A stretch of DNA of 64,000 nucleotides from an uncultured virus (IMG/VR IMGVR_UViG_2844359394_000002) (lineage: Duplodnaviria; Heunggongvirae; Uroviricota; Caudoviricetes): the IMG/VR virus record IMGVR_UViG_2844359394_000002, one strand, 5' to 3'. The translations under genes and the position numbers were made by a program. Of the stretch, positions 56,001-64,000 are shown in pieces; position 1 is the first letter of the stretch, and every line of letters starts with the position of its first letter. The notes beneath the pieces were generated by a model. That model ran no database searches. It worked only from the letters and a program-made list of their open reading frames with translations, and had not been told where the DNA came from.

Positions 56001-59000
56001 TCCGGGCGGCGGCTCCCTGATTCAGACCAAGTATATAACGATGGATGGCAAACTGGGTGATTTGTATCTTTATTACATGATGGCCTGGAACTCCTATATG
56101 GAATGGGCACAGGCGTTCAAGAACTACCTTGTCCGTCTGACCGATACAGAGGTAATGGTGAAGGAATACGCCTTTGAGGACATCCTTAAAAGCCAGACAG
56201 CCGAGGGTAGTACCCAAAGCCGCCCGTCGGCTGCCGAAATCTATTCACGCGGTATGCCTTACATTGTCGAATGCCCCTATGAAGGCTCCGATATAGAAGC
56301 ACTGGACGGCACCACTTCCACCAGTACGAAGATATACATCACGCTCTATTACTTTGACCCCGAACGCCCGTGGCGTAACTTCAAGGCCGTGAGTGTCCAA
56401 ACCCGCAACCAGGGAACCACCTCTGCCAAACGCCCGGTAAAGAATAAACGCTACTACCTCGCCAAGAGCAAAGGCAAAAACAAGGACACTCGAATCATAT
56501 TACTTAATCCGGACGATACGACGGAGGAAGGACGCCGTGCAATAGCCTTGGCTGCCATCAACAAAGTACAGGTCGGTGATAATACAATCCCGGTCGATGT
56601 CATTACCGTAAAAGTCGATTACTCCGATTCCGGCAATGCGAACGACTGCGGCGCCTGTGAAATGATGAACGTTACATACCGTGCCTTGGGTGGTAACTAT
56701 ATGACACCTGTCCAACGTGCATTTGACGGAACATTTGACAGCGGTGACTTGCATATCGAAGATTTGCAGATGAACCACTCTACCGCCAATCACCCGGTAG
56801 CCACCTATCGGTGTAAGGATGACAGCCTGCAAAACGTCTATTTCCATGCCAAAGGCAACTGGAAAGAAGACAAAGGGGAACAGTTTGCCCTCGGCTTCAA
56901 AGATACCCCCGGCTATAACAAAGGTTGCCTGAATTATGGTGACTTCATAGAGTTCTTCGGTACTCCTGACGAAACTTTAGACGCAATTGAGATACGCTTC
57001 AAACAGACTGACGGCCTCGATACGGACAGTGTGTACCTGCTTTCCCTGTATTGTGGCAGCTCATACCGGATAATGAGGTACCAGGATGGTGTCTGGAAAA
57101 AGCAGTCCGGTTCCATGAAGTATGAAAACGGCAAATGGAATGTCACCGGTGACATCCTGAATCCGGTTGAAGGCTTCGAACTTCTTAACTACCAAGGTAT
57201 GGACTGGTTTCAGGGCGTCGGTTCTGTTCAGGATATGATGGCCATGAAAACGGACAAGTCCTCATGGGTTCAAAAACTCGTGGATAACGGAACTATCTCT
57301 GCTGATACCTTCCCGGCATGGACTTACTACTTTGAATCGCTTGTCGATGATGACCAGCTCGCCATTGATTACGCTTTGGGTAAGAAAGTGCCGTATAACC
57401 TCTACCGATGGTTGCGCTTCTGTGATTCCTGCGATTACTCCAAAGGCGGGAACTGGCAAAGAACATGGAAGGAAAACCTGTATAAATACGCCTGCCCAGA
57501 AAGTGTCTTGAGTTATGACATCTTCACCGACTACCTTGCCGCCACTGACCAACGCGCCAAGAATATGCAGCCGATGTGGTTCTTGGAAGAGTATGCTTCC
57601 GTAACAGACGGTGTGTACAGCTCCGAGGATGCCATGCGCATGTACCTGAATAAAATCTATGACTGTGATACGCTCAATAGCAAGGACAACGACGGTGGTT
57701 GCACGGTTGACGCCGAGGTGGACCCCAACCGGACGAGCGATGAAACATTCACTAACCCTTATGCTGGCTACGGCTCCGTTCTGTTTAATAACATCTATCT
57801 CCAGCAAGTAGTGTGGACTGACTCATCCGGTACGGAACTCTCCCTGCGTACCGTTGCCGCCGCCATGCGTAACGTTCAGGCGACCATTGACGGCGTCACC
57901 CTGCACCCGTTCTCACCCGAAGGAGCTACGCATTTCTTCATTGACAAACGGCTCAAAAAATGGCAGAAACTGGTTAGTTCTTACGACGGTGAACGGAAAT
58001 ACATCTCCTATACCGCCACCTCTGATGCTATTTACTTCTATGCCCTGCAAGGTCTTGGACTTACCGCCCTTCCGTCTTTCATCGAAAGACGTTGGCGTAT
58101 TCGTGACGGCTATTTCCAAACCGGTGATTTCTTCAGCGGTGTAATTTCCGGGCGCGTATCTTCCAAATCAAACGCCACCATCCGGATTGTCGCTGCTAAA
58201 AACGGTTACTTCGGTGTCGGCAATGACGCTAGCGGCAACCTTTCCGAAAGCTGCTTCCTTGAAGCGGGCGAAGAATATGTATTCACCAACTTCTCACATG
58301 AGGAAGGCGCCTTGCTGTATATCTATCAGGCTGACCGCATGAAGCTGCTCGACCTGTCTGAAATCTCCCTGTCAAGTACGGTGAGCTTCTCCGCCATGCA
58401 ACTTGTGGAAACCCTTATCTTGGGCTCTGACACCCATACAGAACAATCCATCGGTTCTTACGCACCGCTTACCTCGCTGAACTGCGGCGAAATGCCCTTC
58501 CTCGTATCACTCGATATCCGGAACACACAAATCGCTACGCTCGTCACCGACAAATGCCCACGTATCGCCCATATCAATGCGTCCGGTAGCAAACTGGAGA
58601 ACATCACTCTTGCAGAGACTTCTCCGATTAATGACATCTCTCTTCCAGCAACAATGACAAGCCTCCGTTTTGTCGGTCTTCCTGAACTGACCTATACAGG
58701 TCTTTCCGCCCCGTCCGGCCTGCAAATAGAATCCATGCCGAACGTCCAACGCCTGCGTCTTGAAACGTCGCCTAAACTTGACGCCATTCAGATGCTCCGT
58801 GACGTCCTCGCTTCACAAACGGCATCCCGTAAACTTTCCATGCTCCGTATCTCGAACATGACACTGAAGGCTGACGGCTCCGAGCTTCTTGCCATTCTCG
58901 AATATGGAGTTGCCGGAATGGATGAGGACGGCAACAGACAGGATAAACCGGTAGTCAACGGCACGTATGAACTGACAGTTATCCGTGAAACGGATGAAAT

Positions 59001-59235
59001 CGAATCCCTTGAATCCGGTATCGACGGCCTTGTCATCCTTACCGTCATAGATGCCTACATCGACCTGATCAACTGGTTCAATAATGAGTCTTATGGCGGA
59101 GAACCGTACTACGATAACGTAACGCTGGACAACATCAATGAAGTCCTTGAATATTATAACGGCGAAACCTACGAAGAATATCTCGAACGCTTCGCTGAAG
59201 ACAATATGGATATTAATGATTTAATCAACAAGTAA
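53062..59235 (+). CDS. Giant multidomain tail/receptor-binding protein (2057 aa)
   Basis: Tail-fiber-like N-terminus (GKANGIAPL, LPSATLEQAGLLSAEDK), beta-rich middle, LRR-like C-terminus. Confidence 0.75.
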   Translation: MTESEKQQIISLVLQALKTNSLTIEQLADTTELSRDMYVEVSGGRKISIDLLSSTIAKMVNGDFDALVENVNKIAKDLSDGDAELLKRITGVSDKSNPLTDPFKSIGSFTTIGSFKDKLKTMYSGDSSIGNYRCILSVDSSKIPVNIQIERLELNKVCQSFTSCIQLATMSDNAEGVYLGTVCTISRIGIVSNESVAWGKWTSVINDFEERIGKANGIAPLNEESKVPSECLPEPLSLGEGEEEAFPGNRGKSLEDTMKNIPSDIIKPGSFSVLSDASYLDVYFKKVSKTTGKETDDSFRLPSATLEQAGLLSAEDKQALEDMKSGTPADDVTHPIVIVDEIRPLKDGYYTLETAIAAIVSYQQESGVKYERTGLIITYKTGEYEMETRQFQGAVSDFATPSLWKPFGNGGGGSVFETSDEPAEGGKDAFSTGGAYAYVPANLDVNVETEGIVKLQMKNAAGETLGDEVQFAIGTGGGGQTGGTIVAIAFQSTPVYGSYGSTLRTFAAIRSVTSNGVESSDNLIEKLELVDRESGLTVWTETVNKASSGDMKDFSFELDFTTYFTAAGTRKFKLIATDESGNTGSKNVNVTAVDITCTCVQVLNYTPETLLTPTTESFSLPLYKFGNNTSDKGISAQVDIKINGEWQSLSTTVVNDNYSHSVVIRPASLGLEHGTYPLRIQGTDVASGVKGNVIYTAVMVIDPNSSTPLVALRYDDKNGGVVRLYETVELDVACYDPLEMTSPVSVKANNVQVTQIAASRNKTYQVKQQLQGYKADGTDTVNYTAVCKDVTSEPVRVTVSGSAIDAAIKEGAIYNFDFSSRTNQETDHSIVSGNYEMKVDGANWTTNGFGTFLGENCLRVAENVGVSLNHAPFAGSSIESNGAAIQFAFASKNVTDDDALLLSCYDETSGAGFYVTGRVVGIFCNNGVSRREERAYRQGEKITVAVVVEPASNYVERDGTRYSMMKLFLSGEEVACLGYVPGGGSLIQTKYITMDGKLGDLYLYYMMAWNSYMEWAQAFKNYLVRLTDTEVMVKEYAFEDILKSQTAEGSTQSRPSAAEIYSRGMPYIVECPYEGSDIEALDGTTSTSTKIYITLYYFDPERPWRNFKAVSVQTRNQGTTSAKRPVKNKRYYLAKSKGKNKDTRIILLNPDDTTEEGRRAIALAAINKVQVGDNTIPVDVITVKVDYSDSGNANDCGACEMMNVTYRALGGNYMTPVQRAFDGTFDSGDLHIEDLQMNHSTANHPVATYRCKDDSLQNVYFHAKGNWKEDKGEQFALGFKDTPGYNKGCLNYGDFIEFFGTPDETLDAIEIRFKQTDGLDTDSVYLLSLYCGSSYRIMRYQDGVWKKQSGSMKYENGKWNVTGDILNPVEGFELLNYQGMDWFQGVGSVQDMMAMKTDKSSWVQKLVDNGTISADTFPAWTYYFESLVDDDQLAIDYALGKKVPYNLYRWLRFCDSCDYSKGGNWQRTWKENLYKYACPESVLSYDIFTDYLAATDQRAKNMQPMWFLEEYASVTDGVYSSEDAMRMYLNKIYDCDTLNSKDNDGGCTVDAEVDPNRTSDETFTNPYAGYGSVLFNNIYLQQVVWTDSSGTELSLRTVAAAMRNVQATIDGVTLHPFSPEGATHFFIDKRLKKWQKLVSSYDGERKYISYTATSDAIYFYALQGLGLTALPSFIERRWRIRDGYFQTGDFFSGVISGRVSSKSNATIRIVAAKNGYFGVGNDASGNLSESCFLEAGEEYVFTNFSHEEGALLYIYQADRMKLLDLSEISLSSTVSFSAMQLVETLILGSDTHTEQSIGSYAPLTSLNCGEMPFLVSLDIRNTQIATLVTDKCPRIAHINASGSKLENITLAETSPINDISLPATMTSLRFVGLPELTYTGLSAPSGLQIESMPNVQRLRLETSPKLDAIQMLRDVLASQTASRKLSMLRISNMTLKADGSELLAILEYGVAGMDEDGNRQDKPVVNGTYELTVIRETDEIESLESGIDGLVILTVIDAYIDLINWFNNESYGGEPYYDNVTLDNINEVLEYYNGETYEEYLERFAEDNMDINDLINK

Positions 59236-59237
59236 CT

Positions 59238-60026
59238 ATGACGAATGAACAAAGCGCAACGCTGCTTCGCTTGAATAAACAGGCACAAGTGGCAGCACTG
59301 AACGCCGTGGGCTTCTCGGATGTCACCGAGAATTCCCGCGCATCTGAATTTGGACAACGTATCAAGTGGGCCGCCGGTCTGCTTGATCTGCATCTTGCCT
59401 GTAATCGTATTTCGGATAACTCCAAGGCATACTTTACTGCTGCCGAATGGAACTCCCTTACGCTCGCTAATAAGCAACTGTATATCAAACGCGGGCTTCG
59501 TATCCGTGCCCATGGACACTCCTTCGTAATCGCCGCCCAGGAGTGCTATAATGCCGATATGACTACTACCTTCTATTGGGGCGGTCAGGGTAAAGCCATA
59601 GACGGCCTGAACCAAAAAGGACTGGGTGCCATGTACGGCTGCTTCACGGGTGAGGAAGATACCGACCTGATTATCACTGGCCTGAAAGACCAAAACAATA
59701 GCGGTGTAATCGGTGCGCCGGCTGCCGAAGCCGCCCGTGCATACCGTGCCTACACTTTGGAAAGTGACGGTATCGAGGATGAATCCAACTGGTTCCTTCC
59801 TTCATCTGGCCAAATGCTTCTGATGTACCGCTACCGGGATAAAATCAATGAGATGATGCGTACCTTTTGGAGTAGTGACAGTATGCTGATGACTGATAAA
59901 TACTACTGGTCATCAACAATTTGGGATACTAACTCCGCCTGGGCGTTCGAACTGAATACCGGGCGTATTACGAATCAAAACAAAAATTCAGCCCTTCTTC
60001 ATGTGAGAGCTGTTGCTTCCGAATAG
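59238..60026 (+). CDS. C-type-lectin-fold protein, paralog of the DGR target without a VR
   Basis: Collinear with 60052..60861 (LLRLNKQ, FTAxEWNS, GAPAAE, YWSST, VRAV) but no nucleotide match to TR. Confidence 0.8.
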   Translation: MTNEQSATLLRLNKQAQVAALNAVGFSDVTENSRASEFGQRIKWAAGLLDLHLACNRISDNSKAYFTAAEWNSLTLANKQLYIKRGLRIRAHGHSFVIAAQECYNADMTTTFYWGGQGKAIDGLNQKGLGAMYGCFTGEEDTDLIITGLKDQNNSGVIGAPAAEAARAYRAYTLESDGIEDESNWFLPSSGQMLLMYRYRDKINEMMRTFWSSDSMLMTDKYYWSSTIWDTNSAWAFELNTGRITNQNKNSALLHVRAVASE

Positions 60027-60051
60027 TATTAACTTAATATTATACAATAAA

Positions 60052-60861
60052 ATGGATAAAAATATCGCCAACGCCATGCTTCTGCGCTTGAATAAACAAG
60101 ACCAGATAGAAGCCTTAAAATCAATAGGTTTTACAACCGTGAATGAAAACACCCCCGCAAGCGACATCGCCAAATATATGCAATGGTCAGGTACGCTTCT
60201 TGACCTTTCTTTGGCTACGCTCCGGATTGAAGACGGTGAACAAGTCTTTTTCACGGCTTCCGAATGGAACTCCATGAGCGCAAATAACCGCTCCAAGTAT
60301 ATCCGTATCGGCATCCGACTTCGCGCCGAATGCCACCAGTTCATTATCGCCAAAAGCGACTGCGTTGACGCAGGCGGCAATAAAACGTTCAAATGGGGTG
60401 GCTACGGAACTGACCTACGCGGCCTGAAAAACTACGGCAGTGGTAACCAAGGACTCTATGATACCTTCGACGGCAAGGAAAATACCGATGTTATAATAGA
60501 AACCCTTGCAGGCGTCAAGGACACCCAGGGAACTGTCGGCGCCCCTGCCGCCGAAGTTGCCAGAGCCTATAAAGCCTGTACGCTTGAATCTGACGGAATT
60601 GAAGATACAACCGTGTGGAACCTGCCCGCATTGGGTGAACTTATGCTTATGGCCAAGTATAAAACCGAAATCAATGAGCTCATAACTTCTATGTTTGGCA
60701 ATCAAAATATATTTACAAACGACTGGTATTGGTCTAGTACCGAATATGACGCTTCCAGCAGTTGGTACGTGGGCTTCAACTACGGCACCGTCTACACGTA
60801 CTACCGCCAGGGCGCGAGCCGGGTTCGTCCCCTCGCCGCAATAAACACTTTATCTCTTTAA
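60052..60861 (+). CDS. DGR target protein (C-type lectin fold, putative receptor-binding)
   Basis: WNLPALGEL, YWSSTE, VRP motifs; VR at the 3' end. Confidence 0.92.
   Translation: MDKNIANAMLLRLNKQDQIEALKSIGFTTVNENTPASDIAKYMQWSGTLLDLSLATLRIEDGEQVFFTASEWNSMSANNRSKYIRIGIRLRAECHQFIIAKSDCVDAGGNKTFKWGGYGTDLRGLKNYGSGNQGLYDTFDGKENTDVIIETLAGVKDTQGTVGAPAAEVARAYKACTLESDGIEDTTVWNLPALGELMLMAKYKTEINELITSMFGNQNIFTNDWYWSSTEYDASSSWYVGFNYGTVYTYYRQGASRVRPLAAINTLSL
60751..60841 (+). repeat. DGR variable repeat (VR)
   Basis: 91-bp ungapped match to 61508-61598 with 11 mismatches, all opposite TR adenines. Confidence 0.97.
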
Positions 60862-60890
60862 TTCTTTATCCCTTAGAGAGTTAGCTAAAT

Positions 60891-60912
60891 AAAAGCCCCG
60901 GTAGGGGCTTTT
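60891..60912 (+). promoter_or_regulatory. DGR target-recognition hairpin (may also terminate transcription)
   Basis: AAAAGCCCC-GGTA-GGGGCTTTT, GRNA loop, 50 bp after the VR. Confidence 0.8.
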
Positions 60913-61007
60913 CAGTTTCACTTTTTTGTGCTAAAATTGTGTTAATTACTTTACAGTTATTAACTTTGCGCCCTCTAATACATACATTAAAATATTAAAA
61001 AATTAAC

Positions 61008-61415
61008 ATGGCACTTACACAAGACCTTCCTATATCAAATTCGATGTATAAGCTTCTGAATCTTATCATTGATGCCCGGCAACAATTCCCCAAGGCGTTC
61101 CGGTATGAATTTGGTACGGAGTTGATGATGCTTGCCGTCCATTGTTGCGAATATATCCGTTATGCAAATACAGATATGAACCTTGAGCACCGTGCAGATT
61201 ATCTGATGAAGTTTTTGTGTGAGTTTGATGCATTGAAATTACTGCTAAGAGTGTGTGAAGAACGACATTTGACCAGCCTGACTCAAACAGCCGAAATCTG
61301 TCTGCTTGCAGAGAGCATCGGTAAGCAAAGTACCGGCTGGTACAAAAAAACGGTTGCAGATCTCCAACGGCAAAAAGCTAACGGATCGCAACAAGTCGCA
61401 AAGCCGGAGTCATAA
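61008..61415 (+). CDS. avd: DGR accessory variability determinant (four-helix bundle)
   Basis: FPKAFRYEFGTEL...IGKQSTGW; lies between VR and TR; -7 box TAACTTTG at 60961-60968. Confidence 0.88.
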   Translation: MALTQDLPISNSMYKLLNLIIDARQQFPKAFRYEFGTELMMLAVHCCEYIRYANTDMNLEHRADYLMKFLCEFDALKLLLRVCEERHLTSLTQTAEICLLAESIGKQSTGWYKKTVADLQRQKANGSQQVAKPES

Positions 61416-61429
61416 TCGCCAAGGGGATT

Positions 61430-62851
61430 ATGAGTGAGCAATTAGAATTATTTATTGGGCATCCCCCCGGTGATGAGCCGGGAAAGACTAAGATAGCGGA
61501 TGCAACGGCTTCCAGCAGTTGGAACGTGAACTTCAACAACGGCAACGTCAACACGAACAACCGCCAGAACGCGAACCGGGTTCGTCCCCTCGCCGCAACA
61601 GGTAATATAATCTATGACATACTTCTTAGCAGTATTTTCGAAGCATCCGAAGATTGTGCCAGGCAGAAAAGAACGAGTACGGATTGTGTTGAGTTCTATA
61701 ATGATTATCAGTCCGCATTGGTGCGGCTATGGTATTCTATTATTTACGGTGAATATGTACCGGACTTTTCAAAAGTATTCATACGGACTTACCCGGTATA
61801 TCGGGAGGTTTTTGCCGCCGCTTTCATTGATCGTGTTGTCCATCACTGGATCGCTCTTCGTATCGAGCCGATCTTAGAGGAACGCTTCCGGGAACAAGGA
61901 AACGTCTCCAAGAACTGCCGGAAAGGTGAGGGATGCTTGTCTGCCGTGCACTATCTGAATAACATGATAGTCGAGGTCAGTGAGAATTATACTGCCGATG
62001 CGTACATTTTCAAAGATGACCTGTTCAGTTTCTTCATGTCTATCTCGAAATCGTTGGTATGGGAAATGCTGAACATATTCGTAAGGGACAATTATAAAGG
62101 CGATGATATTGAATGTTTGCTTTACCTTCTAGCCGTTACTATCTTTCATTGTCCACAAAATAAGTGTATCAGACGCTCTCCCGTCTCCATGTGGGACAAA
62201 CTTCCCAGTAATAAAAGTCTGTTTCATAATGACCCTGACAGGGGAGTGGCTATCGGGAACCTGCCGTCGCAACTCATAGCCAACTTTCTGGCGTCTGTAT
62301 ATGATTATTTCGTGATGGAAATACTGGGATTCATGTATTATGTACGCTTTGTTGATGACTTTTGTATCGTAGTGAAATCACCGGAAGAAATATTGTCCAA
62401 AGTCCATCTTCTTGATGGTTTCCTGAAAGAACAACTCCTTTTACGGTTGCATCCACGCAAACTGTATCTTCAGCATTATAAAAAAGGAGTCTTGTTTGTA
62501 GGGGCGTTCATTTTGCCTGGTAGAATTTATGTATCTGACAGGGTGGTTGGTAACACATATAACGCTGTCAGGAAATTTAATAGAATAGCTGAAAATGGAT
62601 TTGCAGAAGCGTATGTTGAGAAGTTTGTGAGTACGATGAACTCTTATTATGGCCTGATGAAACACTTTGCAACGTACAATATCCGCCGTAGAATTGCAGC
62701 GATGTTACTTCCTGAATGGTGGGAATATGTTTATATCGAAGGACATTTTGAAAAGTTTGTATTGAAGAATAAATATAACCATAGAAAACAACTAATTAAA
62801 CATATCAAAAGACATGGATCAAAAAAATATCTTACCGCGTGGGATTGCTAA
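61430..62851 (+). CDS. DGR reverse transcriptase
   Basis: REVFAAAFIDRVVHH, GVAIGNLPSQLIANF (DGR SQ signature), YVRFVDDF. Confidence 0.96.
   Translation: MSEQLELFIGHPPGDEPGKTKIADATASSSWNVNFNNGNVNTNNRQNANRVRPLAATGNIIYDILLSSIFEASEDCARQKRTSTDCVEFYNDYQSALVRLWYSIIYGEYVPDFSKVFIRTYPVYREVFAAAFIDRVVHHWIALRIEPILEERFREQGNVSKNCRKGEGCLSAVHYLNNMIVEVSENYTADAYIFKDDLFSFFMSISKSLVWEMLNIFVRDNYKGDDIECLLYLLAVTIFHCPQNKCIRRSPVSMWDKLPSNKSLFHNDPDRGVAIGNLPSQLIANFLASVYDYFVMEILGFMYYVRFVDDFCIVVKSPEEILSKVHLLDGFLKEQLLLRLHPRKLYLQHYKKGVLFVGAFILPGRIYVSDRVVGNTYNAVRKFNRIAENGFAEAYVEKFVSTMNSYYGLMKHFATYNIRRRIAAMLLPEWWEYVYIEGHFEKFVLKNKYNHRKQLIKHIKRHGSKKYLTAWDC
61508..61598 (+). repeat. DGR template repeat (TR)
   Basis: Ten in-frame AAC codons; matches the VR. 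Confidence 0.97.
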
Positions 62852-63092
62852 GCCTATCGAGCAACAGCCGGACGGAACTTGGATTGTACGTCATCACTTC
62901 CGGGTGGTTGGTACCAGTGAGAATGGTGAAGAACTGGTAACTTTTGCCAGTTCGGAATATCCCGAGAAACCTACCTTGCAACAGATTCAAAGAAGTATTG
63001 ACCGTTATCGGGTGTGTCTTACAATGTATGGAGATACGATTTCAGACGAAATAGAAAAGGTTGATCTTTCCGTGTATATGTTTACGGATTAA
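62814..63092 (+). CDS. Hypothetical protein downstream of the RT
   Basis: 92-aa ORF overlapping the RT end. Confidence 0.6.
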   Translation: MDQKNILPRGIAKPIEQQPDGTWIVRHHFRVVGTSENGEELVTFASSEYPEKPTLQQIQRSIDRYRVCLTMYGDTISDEIEKVDLSVYMFTD

Positions 63093-63114
63093 TAGTTCAA
63101 TCTGTTGGTTGTTT

Positions 63115-63143
63115 AGGGGTGCTTATCAAGCATCCCTTTTTTA
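63115..63143 (+). terminator. Intrinsic terminator after the DGR cassette
   Basis: AGGGGTGCTT-ATC-AAGCATCCCT followed by a T run. Confidence 0.7.
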
Positions 63144-63201
63144 TTTATGGAAAAAGTGAAAATTATAATGTCTTGTTTTATAGATATTTATCATAGAATT
63201 G

Positions 63202-63254
63202 ATTTCCAAGATTTTCCATTTTTGTAAAACTCGTTATTATACTCAATACATTTG
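63202..63254 (+). promoter_or_regulatory. Late-type promoter motif, copy 3 (lysis module)
   Basis: TTTCCAAGATTTT...GTAAAAC...TACATTTG. Confidence 0.65.
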
Positions 63255-63289
63255 TTCCATACAGAATATTTTATTAATAATTAAACGCT

Positions 63290-63583
63290 ATGAGTATGGG
63301 TATAAAAGTATTGTATGATTGGCTTTTGCAATCTAACCGACCGGCACACGTCAAAGCCGGGATGTTCGTCTTTGTTGTAATGCTTGTTTTCTGTTTCCTT
63401 CTATTAGGCATTGATTTCTGTAAATCTGCTATTGTTTCTTTAACGACAACCGCCATTGCCGCAATAGTGGTTGAGTACATTCAGAAAAAGTGCGGGTTCA
63501 TCTTTGATTGGCTTGACGCATTAGCTACTGTTTTGCTTCCTGGGCTGATTACTGTGTTTTCAATATTGGTAGTAACTTTATGA
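63290..63583 (+). CDS. Small membrane protein (three TM segments)
   Basis: Hydrophobic; H...G, E..Q, DWLDALAT pattern. Confidence 0.7.
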   Translation: MSMGIKVLYDWLLQSNRPAHVKAGMFVFVVMLVFCFLLLGIDFCKSAIVSLTTTAIAAIVVEYIQKKCGFIFDWLDALATVLLPGLITVFSILVVTL

Positions 63584-63591
63584 TTAATATT

Positions 63592-64000
63592 ATGAGATGG
63601 TTATATGAGTTATTTAATGTAGACCAGATACGAATTATTTTCGTTTCGATGTTCAGTTCTCTTCTTGCTTATTTAACGCCGACTAAAGGTTTTCTTATAG
63701 CATTAGTTGTAATGTTTGGATTTAATATTTGGTGCGGAATGAGGGCTGATGGTGTTTCAATTATACGTTGTAAAAACTTTAAGTGGGATAAGTTTAAAAA
63801 TGCCTTGGTCGAACTTCTCCTCTATCTTATAATCATTGAGGTAGTCTTCTCCTTTATGACCTTGATAGGAGACGGTGAGAACTCATTGTTAGTTATTAAG
63901 ACTATTACGTATGTGTTCTCTTATGTGTATCTTCAGAACGCATTTAAGAATCTAATTATTGCTTATCCTAAAAACAAAGGGTTTCGTATTATCTATCATG
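63592..64000 (+). CDS. Holin-like membrane protein, truncated by the window end
   Basis: MRWLYELFNVDQIRIIF... open to 64000 with several TM segments; lysis-module position. Confidence 0.6.
   Translation, partial: MRWLYELFNVDQIRIIFVSMFSSLLAYLTPTKGFLIALVVMFGFNIWCGMRADGVSIIRCKNFKWDKFKNALVELLLYLIIIEVVFSFMTLIGDGENSLLVIKTITYVFSYVYLQNAFKNLIIAYPKNKGFRIIYH

Larger units (their letters stand above)
1..64000. mobile_element. Temperate prophage of a Bacteroidales host (siphovirus-like, HK97-type head); boundaries outside or not resolvable in this window
   Basis: Collinear modules: repressor switch, recombination/replication, terminase-portal-protease-capsid, tape measure, tail, DGR, holin-like gene; Bacteroidetes TAnnTTTG promoter boxes. 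Confidence 0.95.

Noticed and set aside
59900..60026. Second VR in the upstream paralog
   Set aside because: Differences from the TR occur at many non-adenine positions, and there is no GC-rich 3' match or hairpin
61463..61500. Hammerhead-like TGATGAG...GAAA upstream of the TR
   Set aside because: Lacks the conserved C of CUGAUGA and a closing stem II pair; more likely part of the DGR RNA 5' structure
61430..62851. Group II intron, retron or Abi-type RT
   Set aside because: The TR/VR pair, avd and the SQ motif identify a DGR RT

Overview
The window is most of a temperate siphovirus-type prophage of a Bacteroidales host, judged from the TAnnTTTG promoters and gene content. No att site or canonical integrase is visible, and the lysis module runs off the right end. 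The order is: left accessory arm with an intact IS66 (1415-4161, 9-bp target duplication); repressor/Cro-type switch with operators; a ~2 kb mostly non-coding early region; recombination and replication genes (Sak, exonuclease, SSB, helicase, NinG, initiator with iterons); ParB, DNA-modification and accessory genes; terminase, portal, protease, capsid and tail genes; a giant tail protein; and a complete diversity-generating retroelement (target VR 60751-60841, GRNA-loop hairpin, avd, TR 61508-61598, RT) with 11 TR/VR mismatches, all at TR adenines. The most unusual signal is an array of five tRNA-like elements (7014-8644). All keep paired acceptor and T arms, but none has a canonical anticodon loop. 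One is a double-elbow element with two tRNA bodies fused through the anticodon helix. The elements alternate with hairpin-capped U-rich segments that look antisense to translation-start regions. Other notable items: an N6-adenine methyltransferase split in frame just before its NPPF motif by an inserted ORF, two classes of repeated phage promoter motifs, a TAGT-like glycosyltransferase with ParB, a phage ECF sigma factor, and AbiH and DUF2971 morons. All family calls come from motif recognition by eye, not from database searches.
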